Below, piece by piece: positions 1 to 13,100 of a stretch of DNA of 64,000 nucleotides. This stretch comes from Lama guanicoe (Eukaryota). The stretch spans positions 1,612,001 to 1,676,000 of the forward strand of contig MU053881.1 in NCBI GenBank assembly GCA_013239625.1, in the 5' to 3' direction. Under the pieces are notes generated by a model. It made no database searches and was not told the DNA's origin. It was given only the letters and a program-made list of their open reading frames with translations. The position numbers were made by a program, and so were the translations under genes. How positions within the stretch are numbered: position 1 is the stretch's first letter; every line of letters starts with the position of its first letter.

Positions 1-54
1 CTGCTCTGAGGATTGAAGAAACCGAAGGAGGTCAAAGCTCACAGAGAAACAAGG

Positions 55-738
55 AAAACAGTATGGAGGTTCCTTAAAAAACTGAAAATAGAGTAACCAT
101 ATGATCCAGCAATTCCATTTCTGGGCATACATCCAAAGAAAACTCTAATTCAAAAAGACACATGCTCCCCAATGTTCACAGCAGCACTATTACAATAGCC
201 AAGACATGGAAGCAGCCTAAAGGTCCATTAACAGATGACTGGATAAAAAAGATGTGGTGAAAATATGCAATGGAATACTACTCAGCCACAAAAAAGAATG
301 AACTAATGCCATTTGCAGCAACATGGATGGACCAAGAGATTATCATACTGAGTGAAGTAAATCAGACAAAGGCAAATATCATGTGATATCACTTATATGT
401 GGAATCAAAAAAAAAAGATACAAATTCTATTTACAACCCAAACACAGAGTCATAGAAAACAAACTATGGTTACCAAAGGGGAAGTAGTGGGAGAGGGATA
501 AATTGGGAGTCTGGGATTAATACACATACCACTATGTATAAAATAAATAAACAACAAGGACTCACTGTATAGCACAGGGAACTATGTTCAGTTTCTTGTA
601 ATAGCTTATAATAGAATTGAATCTGGAAAATATATATATATATGTATGTATATGTACACCTGAATCACTTTCCTGTACACCTGAAACTAACATTGTAGAT
701 CAACCACACATCAATTAAAAATTTTTTAAATAAAAAAT
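55..738 (+). mobile_element. L1 3' fragment (ORF2 end, 3'UTR, A-rich tail)
   Basis: Typical L1 motifs ATATGATCCAGCAATTCC and ATGCCATTTGCAGCAACATGGATGGACC; 3'UTR and A-rich end. Confidence 0.9.
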
Positions 739-1953
739 ACAGTATGTTTGGGGGCAGGATAGGGGGGTGGAGATGGTACCTCATAAATGACGTGGGCCTT
801 TGAAAATGGGCAGGAAGGCAAGAGTTTCTAGGTCCTTCTCCCACAGCCCCCCCCACCAATAGAACAATACACGGGTCCCAAGAGTCCCCCAGAAGCCTAC
901 AGCCAGCCCAGGGCCCCAGTTCCTGGGCCTTTCTACCACTGGCGCCATGTCACATGGGCAGCTGTGAATTACCTTTCATTTGAGCCTCATCCTGTGTCCA
1001 AACGTGGCCGAACTAAGACTGCCCGGGGAGGGTCCCAGAGAGGCAGGCGTGATGCAGGGCTGATAAGGGCCTCATGTGTGGAGTCTTTTGGGACTTTTGC
1101 TGGCTCTTATTCTGGTCAAGAAACAGCAGGCCTCTCCCAGTGGGGAGTGAGGAGGCTTGAGCGCTTTGTAGGGTCTTGGGTCGACTCCGCCTTGCTGGCA
1201 GGAGCCTGGGCTGGGGTCTTAGGGAGGCCAAGGCTGGCCCACTCCATCTGATGGGGTACGGCTGGGACTGAGGCTTCGTCAGTTGTCTGAGAAACGGAAG
1301 CTGCCTCTGGTGGAGTCTAAAGTCAAACACAGCAACTTTCCACCGTGGCTGGGTCATCCTCAGAAGAAATCAGATACAGACGTTTTTACCTGGGAATACA
1401 TTTGTCTTACAAAATTTGGAAATCAATTTGGCAGTGAACTTTCGGGAGGTTGCAGGGGACTCAGAGCAGAAAATCCAGCTGACACTTGAAACCTGAAATT
1501 GGCCACCTGGAGAAGGGCTTTCTGCCTGACAGTGCTCATTGGCTGAGGAACCTGAAATCTGATCCAGGACCCCCAAGGCAAGAGCCACTGGGCTGGCCAG
1601 GATCCTACACGCTCTTCAGTTTTGCGTAGCCCTCAGTCCTGCCCCGTCCACCTCGCAAATCCATCCTGCCCCCTCCACCGCTAGTCCCTGACCTGGGTTG
1701 GTGAGGCCCGTCACCTCCCTGCCGCTTTACTGCCAGAGGTGTCTGCCCATTTCCCGGCTCCCAGCCCTCCAGCGGCCTCTGGGACCATGGGCATCTGAGT
1801 CAACACACATTGTCAGGCCCTGCGCAGCCCAGGGAGCAGGGAGAGGGAGCTGGAAATTTGCAGCCAGTGCCCAGATGATTCTCCTGTTCGAGAACCGCCA
1901 GCCTGAAAGATGAACTACAAACTCCTTAACAATTGGGCTCTGCAGACATTTAG

Positions 1954-2105
1954 GTCAGGGCTTCTCAAACTGTGGTTCTGGACCAACAGCATCAAAATCA
2001 TCTGGGAATTATTTGAATCGCAAATTCCCAAACTTACTAAATCAGAGACTCATGAGGGTGAGACCAGCCATCTGTTCTGAGATCCCTTCAGATGATTCTG
2101 ATGAG
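1954..2105. mobile_element. MER5A-like hAT-Charlie DNA transposon remnant
   Basis: CAGGGCTTCTCAAACTGTGG...GACCAACAGCATCAAAATCATCTGGGA...AATCAGAGACTC...GATTCTGATG resembles the MER5 consensus. Confidence 0.7.
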
Positions 2106-2134
2106 GGTTGGGGCCCTGCCACCTCCTCTCACCG

Positions 2135-2452
2135 CAGAGCCTTTGCCCCTGCCGTTCCTCCTGCCTGGAACACCCTCCCCTCTGCCCAGTTAGCTCCAGG
2201 TATCTGGCTGGCCTCATCTCAAGCATAGGTTTCTCAGGGAAACCCAGACCCTCCAGACCAGGTCGCGTTCACCTGCCACATTCTGTAAGAGATCCCCGTA
2301 CTTTTCCTTCGCAGCACTTACCAGTTTGTAATTTGGTACATTATCGGGCCACTGCCTGTCTCCCCTGCTAGTCTGTAATGATAGTGGAGGCCCTGTATCT
2401 TACTCCCATTTTATCCCAGTTCCTGGTACAGCACCTGACAAATAGTGGGCGT
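2135..2452 (+). mobile_element. L2 3' fragment
   Basis: GCCTTTGCCCCTGCCGTTCCTCCTGCCTGGAAC...CCCAGTTCCTGGTACAGCACCTGACAAATAG. Confidence 0.7.
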
Positions 2453-2579
2453 TTTCTTGTTAATTATCACCTTCCTCTAAATAACATGAATATCCTGCAA
2501 CTTCTTGATAGTTCAGTTTTAGGCATTATCTATTAGAAGTCCAAAGCCTTCCCTTTTTTTCAACCCTTTGCATGAAACC

Positions 2580-3560
2580 TGCTATATTTTCTCTTTGGAC
2601 ATTTTTGGAATCTTCTCTTTAATCCCTGTGCTCTGAAATTTCAATATGAAGTGCCTTAGCAAGGTCTGTTTTTTTTTTTTCCACTGAGCTGGACTCTCAG
2701 AAAACCAAATTTCTTGAAATTTTATTAACAATTTCTCTTCCAAATTTATTGAATTTTTAAAACAATTTCTCCTCCAAATTTCTCTGTTCTCTCTTTCTGA
2801 AGGTTTTTTTTTTCCCATGGAGGGGCAGGGAGGAGGGGACAGTCCTCGGTCTGATCATGTTTTCCTGGACTGATTTTGTTATCTCTTTTTTCCAGTTTTT
2901 TCCAGTTACCTGCATCAGTTTGTCTTGCTCTCCTCTCCTGGAGACCTCCCTCAAACTTTCTCTCACAGCTCTAGTTCTAATGGAATTTTAATCTTTGCTA
3001 TCATGTTTTTAATCTGAAAGAATGTTTGTGCAAATATTCTCTGACTATTCCTTCTTAATAGCATCCTGATCTTGTTTCATGGGTATAATAGTCACCATTA
3101 TCTCTGAGCATATTAATTATGGAGTTTTTTTTTAAAGTTTTTTTGTTTTTGAAAGCCTGTCTCCTCTGAGTTACTTTTCTCCATGTGTTTTGTCCTGTCT
3201 CCTTCACATAAGAGTCTCCCTGAAATGTCCAGCACCTTTGGCTTGTTTTTCAGACTGTAGGCTGAAAAGCAGACTGGCAGCTCGCAGACACAGGTGGAGC
3301 TGCTCAGTGTGGCTCCGCAGTGGCGTGAGCCAGCTGGGTCTTTCTCCTCAGCTCATCAGATTCCCTGGGAAGAAACTTCTCGCCTCCCACCTGGCAGCTA
3401 AGGAAGGGAGCCATGTTGAGAAGAGATCTGTGGGCCTCCATATTCCCTGTGTGAACTTTCACCAAATGGTACTCCTCCCTCATCTGTGCCTGGTGTCCTG
3501 CATGCGCCAGGAACTCTCTGCTTTTCTCTTTCTGGAAAATAAACCCCTAGGCTGCTGCCC
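2580..3560 (-). mobile_element. Old L1 (L1M-type) 5'/ORF1 remnant, antisense
   Basis: T-rich; the minus-strand translation gives degenerate ORF1-like text (RHFILKFQSTGIKEKIPK). Confidence 0.6.
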
Positions 3561-3579
3561 TGTTGGAAGAAGGGCAACT

Positions 3580-3760
3580 GTCCAGACCAGAGGCCAATAC
3601 CATCTCCATTGCAACTACTCAGCTCTGCCTTTGGCGCGTAGAAGCCGCCATAGACAGTTCATCAACAAATGGACATAGCCGTGTCCTAATAAAGCTTTAT
3701 TTACAAAAATAGATGTCAAGTGAGATTTGGCCCATGGACCACAGCTTGAGACCCTGGTCT
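3580..3760. mobile_element. MER58A-like DNA transposon remnant
   Basis: GCAACTACTCAGCTCTGCC...GCCATAGACA...AATAAAGCTTTATTTACAAAAA...GATTTGGCCCATGGACCACAG. Confidence 0.75.
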
Positions 3761-4299
3761 GGGTTCCAGATCGTTAGGTACCTGATCCCGCCAATTCCCA
3801 GTCTTTGGATGTTCTGCCTTGCAGGTTGGTTTGCTCTTGAAGTTTCCCCATTGTTGCCTTAAAATGTTGGCTGTCCCGTTTCTGCACAGGCAGTAATTTC
3901 TTATTTGTCTACTTCCCAGCTTCCTGAATGTCATCACTGATGTTTCCTCTCCTGATGTCTCTGCCCTTGGAGCTCACATTTCTGGAAGTAGTAGAGATAA
4001 ATGGATACATCCATCTCCCATCCATAACTACTTGGATCCTTTTTTTTTAAATAGATCCCTTGGGTTACCTCTGTCAGCATCCAGACCTAATGTTGATTAG
4101 GATTGGTTTAGGTTGTGTGTCTTCACCAAACGGTACTTCGCTGTTATATTTTTTTGAATAAATCAATTGAACATGCTCCACATAAAATGAAAGACTTCCT
4201 TGAAGATTTGAATATAAAGATGACTCCTTCCTTTCGGAGGCATTGTTTTGGGAAAAGGCTTTACTTTACGTAGCAGCCATAATTCTAACAAAAATTGCT

Positions 4300-4425
4300 T
4301 TGTGAGAAAGGTATTCATATGTCCATTTTACAGATGGGGGAACTGAGGTCCAGCACCATGGAGTTACCCAAGCTCAGGTGGCTAATATGTGAGAGAGCAG
4401 GATTTGAACCCATCCTGCTTCTGAG
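4300..4425 (-). mobile_element. MIR SINE
   Basis: CCATTTTACAGATGGGGGAACTGAGG...GGATTTGAACCCA core. Confidence 0.75.
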
Positions 4426-5651
4426 CTAAAGGAAGGGGCTATGGGCTTTGATTTTGTTCTCTTTGGGAAGAGTGGCATAACCAGGTTTAGAAAGGAGCCT
4501 TGGATGGGGGGACCAGGGAAGAGGTTGGATGGGAGAAGCAAGCCTGGGAGAAGGGAGGCCCAGAGGAGGCTGCTGCAGTTGGTCGAAGGCAGGGGGGCTG
4601 ACAGGGCCTCTTTGACAGGGATTATGGAGACCAGAGGCAGGACTTGTAATTGAGTGGAAGAGGGAGGCATGAAACATGACCCCAGCCCCTCCCTGTGATG
4701 ATGGAGAAACCCTCAGCCAGAGGGGACTGATGGACTGCCCTACCATCCTCACCCGGGCAGGGCAGGGTCAGTCAGTCCAGCTTCCACAGTGCTTGTAGAA
4801 AGAACCACGGCCACTCTCTGCAGGTTCCAGAGCCTGGAATTTAACAGGCAGGGCCTGCAAGCAAGGTCCTTGTTCTCAGCTCCCTTGGCCCGGGGCCAGG
4901 AGAAGGGAGGTGCTGAAATATCTGGGTTTTGGGGAAGTCCATTGAGCACCCTGCTTCCCGGAGAGGGATTACAATTTATCTTCCAGGGGCGTCTGGTTAG
5001 CTCTGGGACACTGGGGTGCAGGGAGAGCCCTGACTCCAAGCAGTCAGGCCCAGGTCCCGAGCGCCCTGGAAGCCTTCAGAGTGGGAGCAGATAGGTCAGC
5101 GGCTGGTGCTGTCCTGAGGGCCACCCCCTGGACAACAGCGGCAGCAGGCGACAGGGACCAGCATCCAGACCTCAAACTCTGATATGGACGCTCTCCTGTT
5201 TCTTATCCGCCCTCTCCTGAGCCCAGTTTGTCCTCTGCAGAATGGATATGCAGGATTGCTGTAGGGGCCACCAGAGAGTGACAGACCTGAGGGAGCCCAG
5301 TCAAGGTTATTTCTGACAGATAATGCTTGCAAGGCAGAGGTGGAATTTCAGGCCTTAGAGGAGCTGAGTCTACTCACCTCAAGCTGCTGCCCCATTGGTT
5401 CTGGGAGACAAGGAGGGCAGGCAGGTCTTCCTTCTGTGGATGGCTCTGTCTCCCCTTCTGTACCAGAACTGTCCCCAGGCATCCATGCCCCTTCCCCACG
5501 CCCCTGGAGCACCTGTACATCTCTCTAAGATCATTTCCCACACTGTGCTGTAATTGGCTGTTTGTCTGTCATCCCCCAGCTCCTTGTGAGCTGCTCAAGA
5601 ACAAGAACCACATGTAATCCCCAGGATCTGGCACAGAGTGGGTTAATGTCG

Positions 5652-6095
5652 AATGGATGGACAGATGAATCGATAGATGGATGGGTGAGTGAGTGGATGG
5701 ATGGGTGGATAGATGGATGAGTGGATGGATGATGGATGGATGGATGAGTGGGTGGATAGATGGATGGATGAGTGTATGGATGGGTGGATGAGTGGATGGA
5801 TGGATGGATGGGTGAGTGGATGGATGGGTGGATAGATGGATGAGTGGATGGATGATAGATGGATGGATGAGTGGGTGGATAGATGGATGGATGAGTGTAT
5901 GGATGAGTGGATGGATGGATGGATGGGTGAGTGGATGGATGGGTGGATGAGTGGATGGATGGATGGATGGGTGAGTGGATGGATGGGTGGATAGATGGAT
6001 GAGTGGATGGATGATGGATAGATGGATGAGTGGGTGGATAGATGGATGGGTGAGTGGATGGATGGGTGGATGAGTGATCAAAAGGATGAATGAAC
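5652..6095 (+). repeat. Complex (TGGA)n-type array with higher-order units, extending from an L2 3' tail (~5520-5650)
   Basis: TGGA/TGGG/TGAG/TAGA mosaic seen directly. Confidence 0.95.
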
Positions 6096-7249
6096 AAAGA
6101 TTGATTGTTGTCTGTTATCTGTTGTGGGTGAATGGATGAGTAAATATGTTAGGTGGATGTTTGATAGTCTGGATGAATATAGTCTTTCATTCACTCAAAA
6201 CTCTGTAGTGAGTAGTGTTTCTACAGAGGGATACATGGACGAGTGGATGAGGTGAGATCACACGAGTAGAAGGGGAGAAAGAGAAAGCGAGATGGAGAGA
6301 GAAACATCATAACAGGTGAATAAACCAAAGAAGAACTGGAGAAGCGCCTGAGAGGACAGACGGCCTGTGTTCCCATGTTCACGGCCTCCTCGGAGGGTGT
6401 CAGGTCTGTGAGCTGAAGGAGTTTTTCCCAAGGTCCCCAGGGGGAGGGGTTGGGAAAAAGAACTCACAAACACTCTTTCTGTCTACTAAAAAAAAAAAAA
6501 ATTTTCTGTAAATAAACTTTGAATCCACTTCCAAGTATGTTTAGAAAGAGCAGTGACGGCTTTCATGAGGGTGGGTTCTAAGTGCTCCATTCGGAGCTGT
6601 GTTTAGGGACCCGCAGAAACACATACAGTCCCCAAAACGAGGGCTAAAATGCGTATGAGACGAGAACCATATGCCGGGTGTGCTGATGTCAAGCGGCTCA
6701 CCGCGAGCATGTGTGCTCTGCTGTTGATGGAACACTCGACAAGTGGTCCTGGCCTTTCCTGAAGGGGAGGTCAATGAGAATACTCCCCTTTCTCATAAAT
6801 CCTTGGGAAAAAAACGGGCCTGTCTCCCACACACATGCGGCTAATTATCTGGGGCCCAGGGCTCTCCCTGGAGAGCAGCTGAGAGCAGTTTTCTTAGGGC
6901 TAGATCTGTCCTCAGTGGTTTCCAACAGCACCGGCTAGAAAGACCATGGCAGCTTGCCCTTGGTTCGCCAGCGGGCATTTTCCCACCCTGGTGGGCGGAG
7001 GTGGGTCAGGCACAGGTGCTCAGCCTATAAAGGAGAAAAAAAAATCCCGTCTTCTCCTTTCCCAATGCCCAGCAAAGATCAGACTCAGAGACAAGCCACT
7101 GATGGGCATCCTGGAGTCCAGAGTCTCTTTGCATGGCCACTGGTGGCCATCCACCTTAGTCCAGTTTAGCCGGATTTGGCCTGAGCCAGGGCCAGGCTCT
7201 CAGAGGACCAAGGCAAATTGGATGTGGTCCCCACTTTGTGGGCCACACA

Positions 7250-7750
7250 GTCTAAGAGAGGGAGAGACAGATGGGCAGACTGTTGCATCCCAGTGCACCA
7301 AGTCCTGAAGCAAGTAAATCCCCCTAGCCCAGGAGTGGGCAGCCGGGAAGGCTCCCCAGAGGAGGGCCCACGTGTTAGCTGGGTCTTGAAGGATGAGTAG
7401 GAGTTACTCTGGCAAGTAATGGGGGAAAGGACACTGGAGACACAAGCAGCCCAGCTCAGGGGCCAGGTGTTCTGGCAAAAGGCAGGCCGGGACAAGCAGG
7501 GGGTGGGCAGAGCAGGCCAAAGACGGACATCCTGGAAGGGCATTGGCCGAAGAGCTCAGGCTGCGGGCAGAGGTCGGGGGAGCCTGTGCAAGGCTTTAAA
7601 GGCAGTGGCATGCAAGGCTGTGTGGTTTAGAAGGACCGTGCTGACTGTGGGGTAGAGAATGAGGGGAGACAGGGTGCCAGGGAGGAGGCTGTGACCATCG
7701 ACTCAGGGAGAGATGCTGGGACTGGACTTGGTGGGAACATGGAGGGGCAG
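7250..7750 (-). mobile_element. L2 fragment
   Basis: GCTGGGTCTTGAAGGATGAGTAGGAGTT...TTTAGAAGGACCGTGCTGACTGTGGGGTAGAGAATG antisense L2 pattern. Confidence 0.65.
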
Positions 7751-8149
7751 ACTCTGGCTGTTTCTCTTCTGACTCTGATTTGGGGTGTGTTCCTCAACCT
7801 CGTGGTGCTACAGCTCTACATCTGTAAAAAGGGGATAATGGGACCCGCCGCCTGAGGTTGCTGTTTGGTCCACAGTAATGCAGGTCAAATGCCAGGACAG
7901 GGCTGAGGCCCGGTCAGCCAGTGGCCTTTGACCTCTTGTATTGGAGTGGGTGCCCAGGAAGTGTCGATGGGATGGATCCACCCACATTCCAGGGGGCTGC
8001 TGGGTGGATGGTGATGCTGTTCCCAGAGATGGGGAATTCAGATGGAGAACTGGGGGTGGGAGTGGTAAAGACTTTGGTTTCAGCCATTTCCAGCCCGTTT
8101 CCACTAGAACTGCTGAGGGCCTTCTGTCCCATCTCATCTAATCCTGAGG

Positions 8150-8370
8150 CGGAATAGCCTGTGGCTCAGAGCCTGAGCTCTGGCACCAGACCACCTGGTC
8201 GAATCCTCACCTTGCCACTGATGCTATGTGACCTCAAGCCAGAGACTTGCCCACTCTGGGTCCAGTTTCCTCCTCTACAGAATGAGATGTCAGGTGGCTG
8301 TGAAAATTATAGGAGGATTGACATGACAGAGCTCAGAACACCTGGCAGACGGTAAACTCTAAGTGTGCAC
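8150..8370 (+). mobile_element. MIR SINE
   Basis: GCTCTGGCACCAGACCACCTGGTCGAATCC...TGTGACCTC...CAGTTTCCTCCTCTACAGAATG. Confidence 0.75.
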
Positions 8371-8391
8371 TGCAGGAGTCCTAGGGCAGCA

Positions 8392-8446
8392 GTGGCGGTG
8401 GCGGTGGTGGTGGTGGTAGCGGTGGTGGTGGTGGTGGTAGTAGTAG
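8392..8446 (+). repeat. (GGT)n/(AGT)n trinucleotide microsatellite
   Basis: Seen directly. Confidence 0.9.
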
Positions 8447-10399
8447 AAATTATTGTGGGTGGTTTATGATCTCAAAACTGGTGTCCCTGGGTTTTGTAAT
8501 CTCACAACTTGGCTCCAACCTCCCACCCGCTGAGCACACAGAGGGCAACATGAAAAGTACATGAGGCTTGAAATCTTTTGTAAGAAAAAAAACAGTACTT
8601 AAGGAGAGAGAGATAAGAAATCAATTCTTGAATGTGTTTCCAGGACCAGCAGCAGCAACAGCCCCTGGGAAAACTGCAAATATTCGGATCACCCCAGCCC
8701 CACTGATTTTGAAACTGGGGTAGGGGGGCGAGCAGCCCTGAGCACGTTGGAGAGTGGCACGGGACCTAGGGCATGGGCAAGGAGCTGCTCGTGTCTGGGG
8801 ACATCCAGGGGTCTCTGGCCAGACGATGGCATCTGGGTACAGAGGAGGAGCCCCAGGCAGCCCCCAGTTCTTTCTCTTTAAAAAAAAAAAAAAAGACGAA
8901 TGCTTTGGAATTGGGCATAGCAGGGTTTGAATCCCCGCTCTTCCACACACCAGGTGTGTGATGTGGGACAAGTCCCTTCTTTCTGAGCCTCTTCTGCCTC
9001 ATTTGCAGGGCAAGGCAGGTGCCACCTCCCTGGCAGGGGTGCTGAGCAGAGTAGACAAGCGAACATCCGTAGAGCTCCCAGCACAAAGCTGGGCGCGTGG
9101 CAGGTCCACAAGCCGGCACCGCCTTCCTTGCCTCCCACAGCATCCCAGGACACCCGTCCAGAGCTCTGGGAACCGTGAAGCAACGGGGACATCTCCCCAT
9201 GGCAGAAGCCTGACCTCTAGCCATAGGCAGGACCTGGGGCCTGCAGACAGGAGCAGCCGCTGTCAGCAGGGACTCCCAGGTGCCCCCACATCTATCCCCG
9301 ACTCAGCGGCCACCTCCAGATGAGGCCAGCCCCAGCTGGAGCAACACAGGATCTAGGGATGGAACAAAAGGAGCCGCCTGTGTCTGGAGACCAGACTATG
9401 GCATCTGGTGGGAGATGGCCCCAGGCAGTCCCCAGTGTTCCCATAGGCCGGGGCCCCAGGGGCCAGGGGAGCCTAGGAGTCCTGACGGCCACACACAGCT
9501 GCCCCAGGCCTCAGGCCCCTGCCCACCGGTGCCTCCCCATTCAGGCAGTGCCACACGCACCCAACGTGGTCCACCCCCAGCCAGCCAAGGAGCCACCCTC
9601 TGTCCTGCCCAGCCTCCTTCCACTCCAGACAGCTGTGGGGAGGCCGGGACAGGCGAGCAGGTCCTGGAGAGACCATTTCCAGGCACGGTGAGGGTGTGAG
9701 GACACCTGAGCTTGCAGGGACAGTATGTCACGGGGCGGTCCCCCTGGCGGCACGGCCAGTCCCCAGCCTGTCACACTGGGTTGTGGTTAACACCTCAAGG
9801 GGCAGGAGTCGCTGGGCCAGAGGACCCGGATATGGGACCCAGGCCTGGTCCATCACGGCGTCCCCAGTGCCTGCAGGGCCTCCTGTGGATGTTTCAGGGA
9901 TGACAACCTGAATGACAGACTGAGGATGAGGTATTCACATCCCCATTTGAGGCCTAGGAAGCTGAGGGTCTGAGAGGTTCAAGGTCATGTATTATCTTAG
10001 CTCACCTCAAACGACCTTGAGAACCGAGGTCACCACCTCCAGTCCAAAGGTGAGGAGACGGAAGCTCCAAGGCAGGAAACGGCTTGCTCCGGGCTGTACC
10101 AGTGAAAGCAGGCTTTCTAGGACGCAAATGCGATCTTTCCTCTTTAGAGCACAGGCTTTGTGATGGTAGGGCTCCTGTCTGTCTTGTTTACAAAGGGACA
10201 AGGGACAAAATCACCCTTGTGAGCTTCATGCCCTTCCAGAGCTGCTCAGAAAGGTGGCCGGCAGGGCAGGGCCCGTGATCCCAGAGAGATAAGGCCAGCT
10301 TCTCCCAAGAGGGCCGGGAAAGCAGAGGGATGTCAGGCACAGGATGAGTCCCTCTTCTGCTAGGAATAAAGAACACTGCCCAGCTAAACAGAGTCACCA

Positions 10400-11100
10400 T
10401 GCGACCCAGCAAGGAGGGACTCCAAGAGCTGCTGGTACACCAGCGTTCACTGCAGCACCAGGGAAGGTGTAAACAGCCCAAGCGTCCATCACCAGAAGAA
10501 TGGATAAACAAAATGCAGTCTGTGCGTACAATGGAAGGCTATTCCGCCATAAAGAGCACTGAAGTGCTGCGTGCTTGTTTTAGTCTTTTCAGGCTGCTCT
10601 GACAAAGATACCATAGACCGAGTGCCTCAAATAGCAAATACTTATTTCTCACAGTTCCAGAAGGGAAGCCCAAGATCAAGGCACCAGCTGAGGTGGTGTC
10701 TGGTGAGAGCCTGCTTCTGGTTCGTAGACAGCCATCTTCTTGTATCCTCACGCAGCAGAAGGGATGAGGGAGCTCTCCAGGGTCTCCTTTGTAAGGGCAC
10801 TAATCCCATTCACGAGGGCTCCACCCGCATGACCTCAGCACCTCCCAAAGGTATTAGGAGGTGGGGCACACCTCCTAATACCATCACATTGAGAGTCTGG
10901 ATTTTGATATGTGAATTCTGGGAGGACATAAACAATCAGTCTATAGCAATGCTACAACATAGGTGAAATGTGAAGACATTATACTGGGATAAGCCAGACA
11001 CCAAAGGACAAATACTGTATGATTCCACTCATATGAGGTCCCTAGAGTGGGCAAATCCATAGAGACAGAAAAGAGACTGGTGGCTGCCAGGGGAAGGGGG
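10400..11100 (+). mobile_element. Old L1 (L1MB-like) 3' fragment split by an MLT1 LTR
   Basis: GAATGGATAAACAAAATG...GAAGTGCTG | ATGCTACAACATAGGTGAA...AAAGGACAAATACTGTATGATTCCACT. Confidence 0.8.
10576..10948 (-). mobile_element. MLT1A-like MaLR solo LTR with 5-bp TSD (GTGCT/ATGCT)
   Basis: TG...CA termini; AAGGGCACTAATCCCATTCACGAGGGCTCCACC motif; TSDs at 10571-10575 and 10949-10953. Confidence 0.88.
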
Positions 11101-12300
11101 TCATTGAAGGCACCCAGGAAGCTCAACAAGGAGTCAGCCATGCAGAGACGGTGTGAGGAGGGCCTCAGGCAGAGGGAACAGCTGGTGCAAAGGCCCTGAG
11201 GTAGAACCAGGCTCGGCAGGCTTGAGAAGCAGAAGGAAAGCCCTGTGGTGGGGGTGGAGGTGGGGGAGGGGGGGGAGCAGTGGGAGATGGGGCAGTGTGG
11301 AGAGCCTCCTTCCTCACAGGCTGCCCACTGGAGTGACCGACCATCCAGTTCACTGAAGACTGTTCCAGTTTTAACACCGAAAGGCCCAGAAGACCCCTCA
11401 GTCCTGAGCACACTGGGAGGGCTGGTCACGCTAGTGCCCACTTACTCCCCACACTTCCTGGATGCAGAAGTAAAAGCACCCTGGGCCCTGCTGGGGGCTG
11501 GCATGCCCCTCCCTCAGCAGAGCTCTGTTCTCCTGTCCTGAGGACCCCAGGTGCCAAGGTCCAGGGCCCTCAGGGTCAGGTCACCCTGGAGCTGGTGGGA
11601 CAAGCTGAGGGTCAATACTTCGTAAGTCCCATCCACCACCGTGCTGGTCTGCCTGCTCTGAAGGCCTCACTTGCTCTTTTCTAGGACCTTCTGACTGGGT
11701 TTTTAACATGCAGGTTAGCAGGAATTCTCATGGAAATCAAAGCTCACATAAATAGCTTTTAAGTTTAAAAAAAAATAAAAAGCATTTCATTCTCTGAAAG
11801 CAATAAATCCTGGCCTTTGTGAAGTTTGAGGGGATACACTGGCCCACGTGTCAGTGATCAAGGCTTTGGGGTGGATGGAGAGGCGGGGAACTCTGTGTCT
11901 CTGGGCTGCACTGGTTTCTCTGCGCCTCTCTGTAGCCTGTTTTCCGACAGGAAACAGGATCCCAGGAGATGAGACACTCTGGGGAGAAGCCAGTTTGCAC
12001 CAGCACAGATCTGGGTCTGACTGAGCCCCCACAGAGCCGCCCCAAGCTCTCTGGCACCAGCTCCTTCCATATTCGGGTTAACCTCACTCTTTCCTTCACC
12101 CTTTAAGAGCCCAAGAAAGTCCTTCTCCCCTTTCTAGACTCCTTCCCACCCACCCCTTCCAATCCAGGCCAGCTGGCCCAGCGGGGCCTCAGAGATGTAT
12201 TCACGGCCTGGAGCCGCGTGGGCGAGAAGAGCCCTGGTCTCTTCGTCCCTCTGAGGCGCTTTCACTCTTTTTTTAGCAAAGAATATTCTAAACAGTATGC

Positions 12301-13100
12301 TTTTTTCTTTTTTTTAATTGAAGTGTAGTTGATTTACAGTGTTGTGTTAACTTCTGGTGTACAGCATAGTGATTGATTTATGTGTGTGTGTGTATATACA
12401 TATACACATACATTCCTTTTCATATTCTTGTTCATTATAGGCTACTACAAGGTATTACATATGCTTCCCTGTGCTCTACAATATGAACTTGTTTATCTAT
12501 TTTGTATGTAGTAGTTAGTATCTGCAAATCCCGAACTCCCAATTTATCCCTCCTCACCCTTTCTCCCTGCTGGTAACCATAAGTTTGTTTTCTATGTCTG
12601 TGAGTCTGTTTCTATTTTGCAAATAAGTTCTTTTATGTGATTGTGTAGATTCCACATATAAATCATATCATATGGTATTTTTCTTTCTCTTTCTGGCTTA
12701 CTTCACTTAGTGTGCAATATTCGAGTCCATCCATGTTGCTGCAAATGGCATTATTTTATTCTTTTTTATGGCTGCATAGTATTCCGTTGTATAAATGTAC
12801 CACAGCTTCTTTATTTAGTCATCTGTTGATGGACATTTAGGCTGTTTCCATGTCTTGGCTATTGTAAATAGTGCTGCTGTGAACATTGGGGTGCACATAT
12901 CTTTTCGAATTAGAGTTCCCTTGGGATATATGCCCAGAAGTGGAATTGCTGGATCATATGGTAAGGCTATTTTTAGTTTTTTGAGGAATCTCCACACTGT
13001 TTTCCATAGTGGCTGCACCAAACTGCATTCCCACCAACAGTGTAGGAGGGTTCCCTTTTCTCCACACCTTCTTCAGCATTTATTGTTTGTGGACTTTTTA
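12301..13100 (-). mobile_element. Relatively young L1 3' fragment, antisense
   Basis: Minus-strand ORF 12815..13021 ([32 protein letters not shown]) is the L1 ORF2 C-terminus; poly-T tail at 12301. Confidence 0.93.

Noticed and set aside
5531..6097. 188-aa and 170-aa His/Pro/Ser/Ile-rich ORFs
   Set aside because: Translations of the (TCCA)n strand of a simple repeat; no gene context
9737..9755. CTCF-like core (minus strand GCCGCCAGGGGGAC); similar hits at ~42196 and ~43360
   Set aside because: Partial matches are expected by chance in GC-rich DNA, and there is no upstream motif
12815..13021. ORF with real protein similarity
   Set aside because: It is an L1 ORF2 C-terminal remnant, not a host gene
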